Positions 1-15,060 of a stretch of 64,000 bases of DNA are shown here, one piece after another; positions within the stretch are counted from its first letter, which is position 1, and each line of letters starts with the position of its first letter. The stretch lies in NCBI RefSeq assembly GCF_009914755.1, contig NC_060926.1. One strand, written 5' to 3'. This stretch comes from the human T2T-CHM13v2.0 reference genome, Homo sapiens. The notes below the pieces were generated by a model. The model was not told the origin of the DNA and did not search any database. It saw only the letters and a list, made by a program, of their open reading frames with translations. The translations under genes and the position numbers were made by a program.

Positions 1-59
1 TCAGTGCTCCTCACCATCTGAGATGGACTCTTGGGAGGAGCTCTTCCCATCAGTGTTCA

Positions 60-522
<463 letters not shown>

Positions 523-905
523 TCACGTCCACAGTGTGGCACTTCATGTCCCCCAACGTAGAAGCTCCTCCAGGGCCCGAACTGCCCTCTGCTCGCTGAC
601 TGCCAGATGCTAACTGAAGCCATGGGGCATCTCTGACAAGCCCAAAGGTGTGCATCTTAATAGTCTGAGCACTTGATTGACAATAATCTGGTTTTGTAAA
701 GATCAGCCAAGCTATTTTACAAAAACAAGTCCTTCAAAGGCACGCAGTTACAAAAACACCATTTTTCTAATTTGCCTCCTTTGTGAGGGCTGAAGGCACA
801 ACGATGGAGACTTGGGAAACACATAGCGCTCTGTGGTTTACAATGTAGGACGACAGGGTTGGTAGTGATGATCTCAGTGGGTTCATCTGATTAAAGCTGG
901 AGGCT

Positions 906-1205
<300 letters not shown>

Positions 1206-1478
1206 CGCTGGAGGCTGAGTTCCAGTTTCCACTTAACGAACAGACAATGGACAGCGCCTGTCTGTGAGGATGTATAATATAAGCCTTCAGCTAGCAAATG
1301 AATAAATGTCTCAGTAGCCATCCAGCTCTGGACATGGTCACTGCTGTTAAAAATAAGCTTTGCCTAAGATCAACAGGAGGAATAAAAACCATACAGAATC
1401 TGGGATAATTATTTTCAAGAAGCAAATGAGACCAGGCACCTGCCAAGGGTTGGAACTGGCTTTCCAGCTCCTTCCTGA

Positions 1479-2514
<1,036 letters not shown>

Positions 2515-2829
2515 TAACCTGCAGCCCCTAGCTCTCCCCACCTGCCCTGAGCCCATGGAGTGAAGGGCCGTGGCCTCTCTCAAGGCATTCTCAGCTCTCC
2601 ACTGCCCCCATGGAGGATGATGAAAATCAAGCCCAGGATCCCACTGAAGCAACTCCCAAGAGCCACATTGGTCGAAAGGATCAAACCTGCCCATATCGAC
2701 AACGAAACCATCTTTGGGCTTTTGAAATCAAGCCAGACATTTTACTGGAACATGTCTGCAAAACATGGGCTGTTCTCCCCCTGAAACAGACAAAACCCCT
2801 CCTCCTTTTCCACACTCCCTTTGCTGCAA

Positions 2830-3120
2830 TACACACCTGCAGACGCAGTCACCCACACCCACTTACACACATGCTCACACACACTGTCACACACATGCTC
2901 ACCTGTACACACACTCATCCATGCATGCTCACCCACACATACATACTGCACACGCTCATGCACACCCACTCACCTGTACACCACGCTCACCACACTCACA
3001 TACACACATGCTCACACACACCCTGACACACATGCTCATCACAGGCTCGCCCCTCCACACACACTCCCACACACCCAAACATATGCCCACACTCACACAC
3101 ACACACACACACACACACTT
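2830..3120. repeat. Degenerate (CA)n-rich tract ending in pure (CA)n
   Basis: Repeated acacatgctcac-like units; source of the His/Thr and Val/Cys-rich ORFs. Confidence 0.92.
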
Positions 3121-3318
3121 ATGTGATGTGCTCCACCAGACCCCCATTCTCCACCTGCTACAGAGTTCGAGGCCATCCCCTGCCCTCACACCCAGGCCAG
3201 CTTTGACACATTTCCGACCAGAGCCTAAGAAGCCTCTTTCCCATCCCTTAGGCAATGGGCACTCATTTATCTAGAATGGTCAACACACTTTTTTTTTTTT
3301 TAAGTCACAGCTTCCTAC

Positions 3319-3413
3319 CTGGAACACAAATGCTTGGAGATGTGAAGACAGACAGCTGAGGAATACCCTGAGATCTGTTGATGTTCCCAGCAAAGAAATT
3401 AAGTTTCTTAAAC
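3319..3413 (-). CDS. RFX8: RFX8 coding exon: (C)LRNLISLLGTSTDLRVFLSCLSSHLQAFVFQ; gene continues beyond the left window edge
   Basis: gtctttgtag|GT...CAG|gtagga; 95 nt, phase 1 to 0. No matching downstream exon found in 1-3318. Confidence 0.92.
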
Positions 3414-5615
3414 CTACAAAGACACAAAATAAACAAACAAAAGATTGCATGCAGCAGAGCAGAATTTCTCTTAGGTATTTGTGTACTGGGTAACCTGGAA
3501 ACATCACTGAACAATAGCTCGAAGGGACTCCCCAGGGCCTCATGCTCATTGTGAACACAGAGGATGTCCTGAGGCTGGCTTTGTCACTTCTGCGGTCATC
3601 TATTCAGAATTACATGGACATACCTGTTGTGAGCCACCTCTGCCACTTGTTGAAACAGAAATATTTTGAAACCATAACTACACCTTGCAATTATCCAGAC
3701 CTTGTCTTCAGATGAGCTCATTGCACGATACAGACATGACCTCACCTATCCTTGCCATCTTCATCAAAGGGCTGGTTTATTAATGTCATTGAAGTGATGG
3801 CAGACATACGTCAAAGCTGCTGAGAGAGGGTGAGCGCCTTGCCTGCGGTTATGCACTCAGTTAGGTGGAGCCTGGTGTGACATCAGATTCTGGGTCCTCC
3901 ACCTGCACAGGTAGCACTGACAGGGAAAGAACAGCCTTTGGCCTTCCCAGCTTTTTGAGTGCTTCTGCATACCAAGCAGAGTTTGGAAAACTGAGTCGGT
4001 TGCAGTGGCCCCTCTGAGGCTTGGTGGAGGTGCGCTTGGACTTGGAACTGGAATCATTTGCCTGCAGGTATCAGCAGTGGCTGGCAGTCTGCTATCTCCC
4101 TGCAGAACTCTGCATCTTCCTGTTGGGACTCACAAAGATGCCAGTAGGAGCACAGGAGCCCTGGCCAGACCAGTGGGCAGTCTGGAAGGCACCGGGCGGG
4201 GGAGGGGGGTGTCTCATGCCCTCCTGGGACTCCCTGTGATCCAGCTGGGGGCAAGAGGAGGTTTTGGTTAGCCAGAGTGTTGGGAAGGGGACCTTTTGGG
4301 TTCCTACTAGTCAGAACTGCAGAATTACTAATCAGAATTAGTAATCCTACTAATAGTTCTGAAGCCTGCCAGATTAGGTGTTAACCTTTTAGTTGCTGGA
4401 TTGGTGGGAAAAAAAAGTGCCCTATGGGAGGATCTGGAATTGGGGTCAGCCAAGGGACACTATCAAGGGACAGGACAGTAGAGGGGAGCAGAGGTCATTT
4501 ACCAACAACTAGGGATATATTTTAGTATTTTAATAACTGGCACAACCCTACCAAGGCCAGCCCTACTTCAGGGTGAAAGAAAGAGGATGGGCTAATTTAC
4601 AGGTGGTGCTTTTGTGTACTCCTGAATTCTGTATCCGTCAAGTCACGAAACACTGAAGTGCTCCTGTGGGCCAGTGCAATGCTGGGTGGCCCAGGGTGAA
4701 TAAGACACAGTTGATAGCCTGAAGGGGTTCATAGGAACTGAGCGGGCAGCTGTAGACACAGCTGAGAGTACTACCAAGGAGTTATGCCCATAGAGGGAGA
4801 GGCCATTCGACTTACCTGGGGCATCTTGGCAGCGAGTGTTTGGAAAGGACACACACAGGGGAGCCTGGCACCCTCCCTGTAGCCATCATAGGAGGGCCTA
4901 GAGATGCCCATAATTCATAATCGGTAACCATCCTGCAGCTTCCTGCCTCCCAGGTCCTCCCTGAGTCTGGAGAGCTCCTGCTGCCACTATGTTCGCTCCC
5001 CAAGGACGCAACAACACACACCAGCCAGCAACGCAAGCTCTTTATGGAAGGGGGATTTTTTTCTTGAAAAACAATGACAATGATCAATAGCAAATGGCAA
5101 GAATATCCACCTGCTTCCTGTCACTTGTTTGGAAAGTAATGAAATATGGTAAAAGCACCATTGTTAAACTTCACATTGCAAGTAACAAGAGTGATGGGAG
5201 AATGTGTCGACGCAGACATCTAGCTCAAGGCAGTTTAGCATGATTGAGGAGACACAGGAGTCTGTGTGTGTACAACACAGATGCAGAAACTAAGCTTTTC
5301 CCCCACAGGAGATATTCTGGAGATAAATACTGTCAAGCAGCAAGCACACTCATCTGATCGTTTATGGACTCAACTAACAGGTATCAGCACTGCTGCCCTG
5401 TCTGGCCCTGGGGTAGGTCCTGGGAGCACAGGGACAGGGCGTCCCCTGGGGTGTTCATCACCCCACTACAGGAAGAGAAGTGTGAGCAGACAACTTAGAA
5501 CATCGGAGTTATAAAGTTCTACCCCTATTAAGAAATTCATGAGTTAACGATGGCCATGCTAGCCCCAAATCTATGCCCAACACGCCAATAAAGCAAGCTG
5601 CAGAAGGAAGATTAC

Positions 5616-5772
5616 ATTTCATCTCTGGGTTGTTCTCCAGTTCATCTGCGCCACTCCGGTCACTTGCCAGGGCTTTCTTAGAAGTAGCCAAAGTGCCTTG
5701 ATTGATGATGGCCTGTAGATCTGACTTCAAAACGCTGACACGCCTCTTACTTTTCAATACCATTCGCATAGT
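5616..5772 (-). CDS. RFX8: RFX8 coding exon: TMRMVLKSKRRVSVLKSDLQAIINQGTLATSKKALASDRSGADELENNPEMK(C)
   Basis: gttatctttag|ACT...AAAT|gtaatc; 157 nt, phase 0 to 1; ORF 5509..5769. Confidence 0.92.
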
Positions 5773-6959
5773 CTAAAGATAACAGGGAGGCATAATACTT
5801 AATTCAATCTGGTCATTTTATTTTTGCCTAACTCTCCCCCAAATTGCCAAGATTTTTGTTGTGGGGGAGAAAGAAACATTGATGCGGATATTACCCATTA
5901 AAAATGAATCTTAAACAAGAATGAAAAGGTTAAAATTGCACACATTCTGGAACTGCCCTTCTGGAAGGAGAAAGAACGCATCTCTAGGAAGATGCGTTCA
6001 GGGCTGTCTGGCACTGCTGCTGCTGCTTCTCTGCACCACAATCGCCCCACGCCCAAATGACTCTAGCGAGGGATCCCGGGGATTGAGCCTCTGCAAGGAA
6101 GGTGTAGGTAGAGCCTGCACCGATCCTGAGGGAGCGGCTGCGGGATTCGGAAGCTGGCTGTCCCTTCCTCGTGGGAGCCTTGGCCATGAGGAATTTGGCC
6201 TCTGGGAGGTGATATCCTCAGCTGTCAAATGGGGACTATCTAGTCCCCAACACTGTCCGACTGCCTGGGATGCACCTGGTTGTCCTCACAGCAGTCCTGG
6301 GAGAAGGCACGAGTTACCCCTCCCTTTTACAGAGGACACAGAGGGCTCTTGGGGCGTGAAGTAACTTTCCTGAGGGGCAGTAAGTGGGAAGATAAGGCTC
6401 AGAGCAGGGGCAGGCTTCAGAACCCATGCTTACTGCTCTGGTTGTGTTGAGAGGAAGAGCACACTGCCAGGTCATTTCCAGACTGACCGAGTCAGGACTG
6501 TGAGAGCCCTGGAGAACAGGACTGGCTGTGACTGACAGTGGGACACAACCCCGCTGAGCTCAGAGTCTGGGGAGGGCTCTGCACTGGGAGGATGGGGCCC
6601 AGCTCGGGGTCATGGAAGCCACAGTTGGGATCCTCCCAGTGGAGACTGATTTGGAGCACAGTGATGGTCCCCAGGCTCTATCCCAATAGGGTGCTCACAG
6701 GACTTGAGAGAGGACTCCTGGTAGCCCACGAGCCGGGTGCCAGCATCATAGAATCTTTTCTTCAGCCCTTCTCAACCTTTCTCTAAATCACCCCAGGATT
6801 GAAAAGGTCAGAGCTGAAGTAACTGGTGGCCTGGCCACACTGAGTCCACAGGGCCCCACACACGGGTGAAGGGTGTGTCTGTCTGTCTGTCATAGGCTCT
6901 GCTATGACGCCCTGTTACCTCTGACACTGGCACCTCTGTGTGGGGCCTCCCTCTGGCAT

Positions 6960-7276
6960 CTTTTAATTTTATTTTTTTATTTTTTTGAGATGGAGTCTCG
7001 TTTTGTTGTTCAGGCTGGAGTACAGTGGCACAATCTTAGCTCACTGCAACTTCCACTTCCCAGGTTCAAGAGATTCTCCTGCCTGTCTCCTGAGTAGCTG
7101 GGACTCCAGGCACACACCACCATGCCCAGCTAGTTTTTGTATTTTTTTTTTTTTTGATAGAGACAGGGTTTTGCCATGTTGGCCAGGCTGGTCTCGAACT
7201 CCTGACATCAAGTAATCTGCCTGCCTCGGACTTCCAAAGTGCCGCGATTACAGGTACGAGCCCCCCACGCCTGGCC
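6960..7276 (-). mobile_element. AluS
   Basis: Antisense Alu; flanking repeat ggcatctttt. Confidence 0.93.
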
Positions 7277-7555
7277 ATCGGGCATCTTTTAAGTGTTGAC
7301 CTGCCTTCCCTCCTGCCCTGAGAGAGCCAGGAGATTGGAGCCTTCCTGAGGATGGGTGGAAAGGGGGCAGGCTTCTAGCTTTGAGTCACGGGGGCCCACC
7401 TGGACTCCTCTGCCAGTGGCCAGGCAAGGCCACCCTGCCTGCCCTCTGCCCTCCAGATGGACAGAGCAACCACTCACTCTTAACAGGGACTTAGAGCTTT
7501 CACCTCTTTTCAGGAAACTGCTTTGTTCCCTCCTATCTGCTTGGCTGAAGCCTAC

Positions 7556-7614
7556 CTTAGCCATGTTGGAAAGGTACGTCTTTCTTCTTAGTCTTTTGAC
7601 AAATAGAGTAACTT
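7556..7614 (-). CDS. RFX8: RFX8 coding exon: (E)VTLFVKRLRRKTYLSNMAK
   Basis: ttcttaacag|AA...AAG|gtaggc; 59 nt, phase 1 to 0; resembles the RFX F...LRR.TSL.HLAQ segment. Confidence 0.92.
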
Positions 7615-7849
7615 CTGTTAAGAACAACACACGTGGCCATTAATACAATAACTTCAAGTTCTCATGTGGGCAGTGGGGAAGAGAAGGTGCATGTTTGGGG
7701 TAGGAAGGCACAGCTGGCTAAACTGCAACTTCCCCCACCCCCGTGTCTGCTGGCCCTCTCTGAGTGGCTAGAAGATCCTGGCAGGGGACGCTTGGCTGAA
7801 ATGTCCTCATGTGCCAGAAAAATTAAGTAACCCCAGCATCTGACATGCG

Positions 7850-8205
7850 TGCTACTATGATCTGAATGTGTCCCACACCCCAAATTTCATATGTTGAACC
7901 TCACCCCCATTGTGATGGTGTTAGGAAGTGGGGCCTTGGGGAGGTGATGAGGCCCCGAGTGTACAGTTCCCATGAAGAGGATTAGAGGCCCCAGAGAGAC
8001 CCCTTGCCTCTTTCACCATGTGAAGACAAAGCAAAAAGACAGCCATCTGTGAACCAGTAAGCAGACCTTCCCCAGACACCCATCTGCTGGTGCCTTGATC
8101 TTGGACTTCCCAGCCTCCAGAACTATAAGCAATAAATTTCAGTTGTTTATATACTGCCACCTAGTTGGTGGCATTTTACTACAGCAGCCAGATTGGACTA
8201 AGACC
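7850..8205 (+). mobile_element. MaLR solo LTR (MLT1A/MST-like)
   Basis: tgatggtgttaggaagtggggcc ... ttggacttcccagcctccagaact...aataaattt ... gactaagac. Confidence 0.8.
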
Positions 8206-8319
8206 AGTACTCAAAGGAACAACCCCAACTTTCTCATCCTACACTGCTTTCCTTGGAAAATAATCAAAGGAAAGGAAAGGATGAAAAGGGAACGCATAGA
8301 AACAGGTGTTCTCCTCTTG

Positions 8320-9200
8320 AACACATTCATTTGACAAATATATGGGAGAACACTCGTGCAGTGTTTGCTCAATAACTATTTGCTGGATGGCTGCTGAGCT
8401 GATGGACGGAAGAGGACAGCCCTTCCCTACAAAGGGCTCATGCTCCAGAGGGTGGGTCACCAGATATGCAAACACATCCCAAAAGCAGGCTAAGTGCTCC
8501 CATGCGATGTGCGAGCACAAGGAAGAAAGGGAGGCTGTCTGGAAGAAGGTATTGAGGAAAGCTTCACTGCGAAGGTGACATTTAATCTGGGCTTTGACGC
8601 ATAGGTAGGAGATAGCCAGGAGTAATGGGGCAGGAGGCAGTCCAAGCATAGAAAATGGCAGGAATAAGGGCCTTTTCTGGGGACAGCCTGTCTAGTGTTG
8701 CTGAAGAGCACTGTTGGGTCATGGGAGTCCCTTGGGAGATGGAGACAGGGATGGGGCCAGAGGCCAAACTGTGAATGACTGCACAGCAGTGGAGGAGAGT
8801 GGGCCATCTGGGCAGTGGAGGCCAGGGAAGGTTGGTAATTGATTAATTGCTGCTTTAGAATGATCACTGGGGGTGGAGGGAGTGTGGCTGGGGAGGCGGG
8901 TGGAAGAAGGATGACCAACTAGGAAACCGCTGAAGTAGCCTACAGAATGAAGAGACAGAGGCTTGAATTCGGGCAGATGTTAAAGGAGCACAGGAAAACT
9001 GGAGGGAGGCTCTGCTCCCCACTCCTTGGACCGCTTTTGCAGCAAGTCCCAGTCTCACCTTCTGCAACGTCCCTAAAATTTCCAAGTGGGACAAACTGGA
9101 TCAGGGTACCCAGTGTTAGTAGTGAACACAGCTGGGGGCGTGGGGTCGGGAGGAGTGGCGATTAGACATGGTCCTATGCTGTAGGCACTTTGAGAAGTCC
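8320..9200 (-). mobile_element. Degraded L2 fragment
   Basis: attcatttgacaaatat start and purine-rich gaggtgacattt-type segments; boundaries approximate. Confidence 0.5.
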
Positions 9201-9890
9201 CCTATCTGCACTACCTAGGAAATAATTGCAAAGGAAGCAAGACTCATAGAAATGTGGGGAAATAACTGGTGCCAGCTTGGTGACAAAATGACCCTGACCT
9301 GGCAAGGAGGGTGGGACCCCGTAGGGAGTTCGAGAGCTGCAGGCAATGATAGCAAAACTTCACAAAGGCAAGAGGGAGAAAATGGGTATTTCCAGGATGA
9401 TCCGACAGGGCATGGCAGGTGCAGGCTGGCCTTTGAAGGAGCATGGAGCTGCAGGGACACAAAGAGGATAGATTTATAGGGAACTGGACCAGCTGACAGA
9501 GCAGTTCAGGCTCGCGCTTGGAAGCCACTGCAGGCCTTGAACAGATAAATAGCCTGGTGGAAGCAGCATTCAGAGACTGCTGCCTGGCAGCCAGACAGAA
9601 GGGGAAAGCATTCTAGAAACTCAGCAGAGAGATGGTGCAATTCAGGTGTGAGAATACCCTGGTGAATATCCACACCTAGAACACCTTGACCTGCCAAAAG
9701 TCCATGTTATTATTCAAAAGAGAAATAGCTTAAAAGGGTGTGGCTGGATCAGCACAAAAATCCATCACCAGCACTAAAAGCCAGAAACCCTGAGCAGGCT
9801 GGGCCTTCCGGACTGTAGCTGAGTGCATGGGGCAGCAGCTGAAAGCTACCACCCAGGGTGAAAGTCAGATGCTTCATCTACGCTTACAGA

Positions 9891-10383
<493 letters not shown>

Positions 10384-10589
10384 CTACAACAAAAGTAACA
10401 AGACACTATGATTCTGCTGATGGTGCAGGTGTGGCTGAAGCTTATGCATGCCACAGGGACAGGGCGGGTCTCAAGAAGTCTGAGAGCGGGTCCCCACCCA
10501 GGTTGAAGGGGCAGCACCATGCAACGTGGCCACTGCTTCCCATGCAGGATGTCAGGCTGGTGCAGCCACAGTTGGAATTTTTTTCCAAT

Positions 10590-10888
10590 ATTTTTGTTTA
10601 TTTATTTGAGACGGAGTCTTGTTCTGTCACCCAGGCTGGAGTGCAGTGGCATGATCTCGGCTCACTGCAACCTCCGCCTCCTGGGTTCAAGCGATTCCCT
10701 ACCTCAGCCTCCCAAGTAGCTGGGATTACAGGTGCATGCCACCACACCTGGCTCATTTTTTTGTATTTTTAGTAGAGACGGGGTTTAACCATCTTGGCCA
10801 GGCTGGTCTCGAACTCCTGACCTCGTGATCCACCCGCCTCAGCCTCCCAAAGTGCTGGGATTACAAGCATGAGCCACTGCTCCCGGCC
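10590..10888 (-). mobile_element. AluS
   Basis: Antisense Alu; flanking repeat aatattttt. Confidence 0.93.
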
Positions 10889-11549
10889 TCAAATATTTTT
10901 AAAAGATTGATAACTGATTCAAGTATTTTTTTAAAAAATCACACAATGCTGGCCAATATTAGGTGGGTCAAACCAAATATATTTAAGGGCTGAACCCAGC
11001 TTCTAGTTTTCAAACTTTGTGTTAAAAACTTGGAAGTACTAGATGGTTTCCTTAAAAATAATAAAATAAAAGGTAAGGCTTGTGACACGCTGAAGGAGAA
11101 CACCTTTTTAATCCAGAGAAGATATAAACCTGACCCTCCAAATACAACCCTCCAAATACAATCACTTTAGAGATAGAGCTTCAACCAAAGCAAAGCAAAA
11201 CAAAACAAAACAAAAGCCCTGGCAGTTATGCATATTACAATTCCAATTATTCATTTTAGAATGTCTTCTTTTACAGAAATTCCCAGAGAAAGAACTTCGA
11301 CTCAATTCGGACTTCACTGATATGGAACCAGAGGTTACTATGTGCATTGGCTTTTGGTTTCCATGAGGTAATTCACAAAGGAAAACTGAGTGTTAGGCAG
11401 AGATCAGAGGGCTCCTGGTCCATACACCCCACTATTCACTCCTCAGAGGACCATGGAGACTGCAGAGAGGTGGAGCTGTGGGTCCAAACCCAGCATTTGC
11501 TGCCAATTTCTGCAAAGGATATACTCTAGAGACTCACGCGTCCTCCTAC

Positions 11550-11663
11550 CTTGTACAGCTGGACGTCGTAGCATTTAAAGAGCTGGCACACGTCAGGCAA
11601 TGACATCAGCATGACTGTGTCTTGCTGCAGAGACTTCCAGAAGGAAGTAAGCAAGTCCTCCAC
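11550..11663 (-). CDS. RFX8: RFX8 coding exon: [38 protein letters not shown] (RFX B/C region)
   Basis: ttaccccag|GTG...AAG|gtagga; 114 nt, phase 0 to 0; FW and D...LY pattern typical of RFX extended-dimerisation region. Confidence 0.93.
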
Positions 11664-12958
11664 CTGGGGTAAGTAACAGAGCATATCGCCAAAACTCGTT
11701 TTCCACCTCGCAAGACTAACCCCCCGCCACAGATACTTCCTTAGCCCCAGATGACAATGGGATGAATTTTGTTCCAGTGCGTGTAAAGCTTTGCCTCTCA
11801 GCTTTTCCAAGCTGTATTTTGATAGAATTCTTTCCAACAACCCATCTGAGAGCACCTGCCAGTTGGATGGGATAATGTAGAACATTATTAATATTTTCTT
11901 GAGGCAGTTTCTAGAAGGGAAGCTGTTTCTGACCACAAGGGGGCTCCAGTTGATTATACTAGGATGAGGACTGGGCCACAGGGCACAGCCCAGAGAGAAT
12001 AAATGTTCATTGACTGACTGACTGACTGCCTCAATCATTTTTCAGCTCAGAGAAAGGTGTGATAGTACTTAATCTAAGAGACCCCCTCCTTGCCATCAAG
12101 TTAGAAGTCACCTAACGACTGTGGAAGGAAAAGGAGACTGGCGTGGTTCTACACAGGAGCCTTCTCTAAAGACTTATGTGGACTACTTCGTGGAGGATCA
12201 AAATGGCGGCTCCTCTTTTCTGTTTTTTCCCACGTTGACTTTTCAGTTTCCGTTCTTTAACCAGGTGACCGATCTGCTTCGCCGCCAATAAAGACTCTTG
12301 CCTGTTTGGGATTTCCACAGGCTCAGATACTGTGAGGCATCACAACCTTGTCGTATCTCCCCTGGTCCTGGTGCTAGGACCTGCCAGTGACACCAGACAA
12401 GGCGCTGGCCCCATGCCTAGGTCATCATGGAAGTTAGGGTCAACTCCCGAATTACATGGCCACAGGCGCTGATTTAAAATCCCGTTATCAGGGCATTCAT
12501 TCTAGAGAGGACTTCTCCAAAGAGACTCTGAAAAATACAACACAGGGTGTAGCAATCCCTTTTCTCTCAGGCTGGGAACCTCGGAGCAAGGAGCTTTGGG
12601 GAAGGGGGGTCTGGGTGGAGCCACCACCACAGACCCGTCTCTGCTCACCCCTCACCACCCGCGTCCAAGTCACCAAACCCTGTTGCGCTTGCCTCTGAAA
12701 TATTTCTCTAACCTGCCCTGTTTATCTCTGATATCACTGTCACTGCCCCAGAACCCACCCTTGTCGCTTCTCACCTCAACTGTGACAAAACCTCCTCGCT
12801 GCCTCTCTGTTCCACGACGGCCAAGCCCTATTGTCACTGCTCCCCCACTGTCTTCTCAACAAGTCACAGTTCTTCTGGGGCATCCGAGGCCCCTTCTGGC
12901 ATCAGCCTACTTTCCCACCTCCCCTCTGGCTTCTCTTCTTTAGTAATAATAAAATCTA

Positions 12959-13283
12959 GGCTGGGCGCGGTGGTTCACGGCTGTAATCCCAGCACTTTGG
13001 GAGGCCGAGGTGGGCAGATCACCTGAGGTCAGGAGTTTGAGAACAGCCTGGCCAGCATGGTAAAAACCCCGTCTCTACTAAAAATACAAAAAATTAGCCG
13101 GGCATGGTGGTGGGCGCCTGTGATCCCAGCTACTCGGTAGGCTGAGGCAGGAGAATCGCTTGAACTCAGGAGGTGGAGGTACAGTGAGCCGAGATCGCAC
13201 CACTGAACTCCAGCCTCGGTGACAGAGCAAGACTGCGTCTCACACACACACAAAAAAAAGAAAACAAAAGAAAAGAAAAAAAG
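12959..13283 (+). mobile_element. AluS within an L2-like region
   Basis: Alu consensus; flanking repeat aataataaaat(c/a)tag. Confidence 0.93.
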
Positions 13284-14422
13284 AAATAATAAAATATAGT
13301 CATAGTGACCTTTTTGTCACATCATGCCCGTGAACATCATGCTGCCTTTACCTGCACCATGGGTCCTACCTGGAATCCCTCTCCTACCCCATTTTCTGTC
13401 TATTGCACCTCTGCCTTTCCTACTAGAGTCAGCAGCAACGTGGCCTGCTTTGGAAGCACTCCCTGGCCTTCTCTGTTACCCTTCTCTGGGCACCCAGAAT
13501 AGTCTAATCATGCAGCTATTCTAGAACTTTCCACATTGCATCATATTTATTGGGTAATATTGCTCCTTTCATTACCAACTACTAACTTCTCAAGCCTTAT
13601 GGAGAATACTTTCCTAGTCCTGGTAACGGTGTCGGTCACAGGGTAGGAATTAAATATGTATTTGATGAATAAGTGAAGAAGGAAAGGAATAATGTCAGAC
13701 ATCCAGTGTGGATGGATATTTGTAACATTGCATCAATAGGACAGGGGCCATCCTGAAGACATCTTGGTCTCTCCCTCACTACAATGCTTTACGCCGAGTA
13801 GGTAGTAAATGCGCTCGTGCTGAATGAGCGTTATCACCCAAAGTTGAAGTGCTTAGAATATACTAAAGCATCAGGAAAAAAATCTCATTTGAATGTGCAC
13901 TTGTTTCCTTGGATTTTCATCTCACACTGCAGAAGATGAAACTCAGAATAGCTGAAAGATTTATTCATGTTTTCCACAGCCAATTCTAGGATTAAATCCA
14001 ATCGTGACAATACCCATGCCAGATCACTCAGCTGCGAAGTCCTGCTCCATCTTCAGTTAGCGCGTATCAATCAAATGGCTCTTCGGCACCATTGAAAATT
14101 CCAGGGTGAATTTTATTACCAACACTTTATTCAAAATGAGCAGAATTAGGATCTAAAAAATAGCTGAATTTGTATTTAGAGCCTAAAGTTATCTGTATTA
14201 GCACCTTGGAGAATTTCCAACTGATTACACTGAATATCGATCTCACCTTCCAGAACTCAATGACTACAACATAGGTACATAGCATGTAAGCACTTCAGTG
14301 CAGTGGGTTACCATTGGACATCTGTTGACGGGGTCTCTTCAAATAAAAATGATTAATAAGGAGTCATAAATGCTTGTATTTTATAGATAAAACCCTACCC
14401 TCTCAAGTTCTCAGTTCCTCAC

Positions 14423-14476
14423 ATTTCGTAAAATGTCTCGACAATAGTTGCAGTATTCGTCAGCAAGGAAGGCCAT
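14423..14476 (-). CDS. RFX8: RFX8 coding exon: MAFLADEYCNYCRDILRN (short form, donor AAT|gtgagg)
   Basis: ttcttcctag|ATG; 54 nt, phase 0 to 0. A second donor 24 nt further on (exon end 14399) would include an in-frame TGA. Confidence 0.88.
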
Positions 14477-15060
14477 CTAGGAAGAATATGGAAAATTATT
14501 TCAGCATGTGGGCCTTTTCAATAATGAACTGATCTTCACAGACTTTTCTGAAGCTCTCAGAGGCCGCTCTTGTTGCAATTCTCAAATGACAATAGCTGCG
14601 CTCTTCACTTGGGCCACAGCATTTTTTTTGTTTCTATGAACTAATGCAGACCTTGTAGGCTGATAGTTCATGTAGCTTTCATTTCAATGTCATAACTCAT
14701 ATTTGCAGATTTATTCTACCACTACAAAGGCCACCAAACTTTGACACCTTTTTTTCTAAACTTCAATTTTCCCCCTCCATAATCCCCAGCCCTAATTTCT
14801 AGAAAATCCATATATCTGTTTCTTTCTTTGTCTTGGGGAAGAGGCAGTCCCAGCGGGAGCCTTGCCATAGGATGTGATAGGGAACCCTGAACTTGCTGAG
14901 CACCATCAAGCCAGGGAAGGTTGCTGGTCCTCACGGGTCCAGCAAAGGCAAACATTATTCCATGTGACACAATCATGACCACAGGCACAAAAGGAAGCTA
15001 TTTACTGCCCTAAGCATCATACAGCGTGAAAGGCTAATCTCCCCATGAGTGCAAACCTAC

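Noticed and set aside
2610-3274. His/Thr-rich and Val/Cys-rich ORFs
   Set aside because: Artefacts of the CA-rich repeat.
11133-11160. 14-bp duplication accctccaaataca
   Set aside because: Common short slippage duplication with no functional indication.
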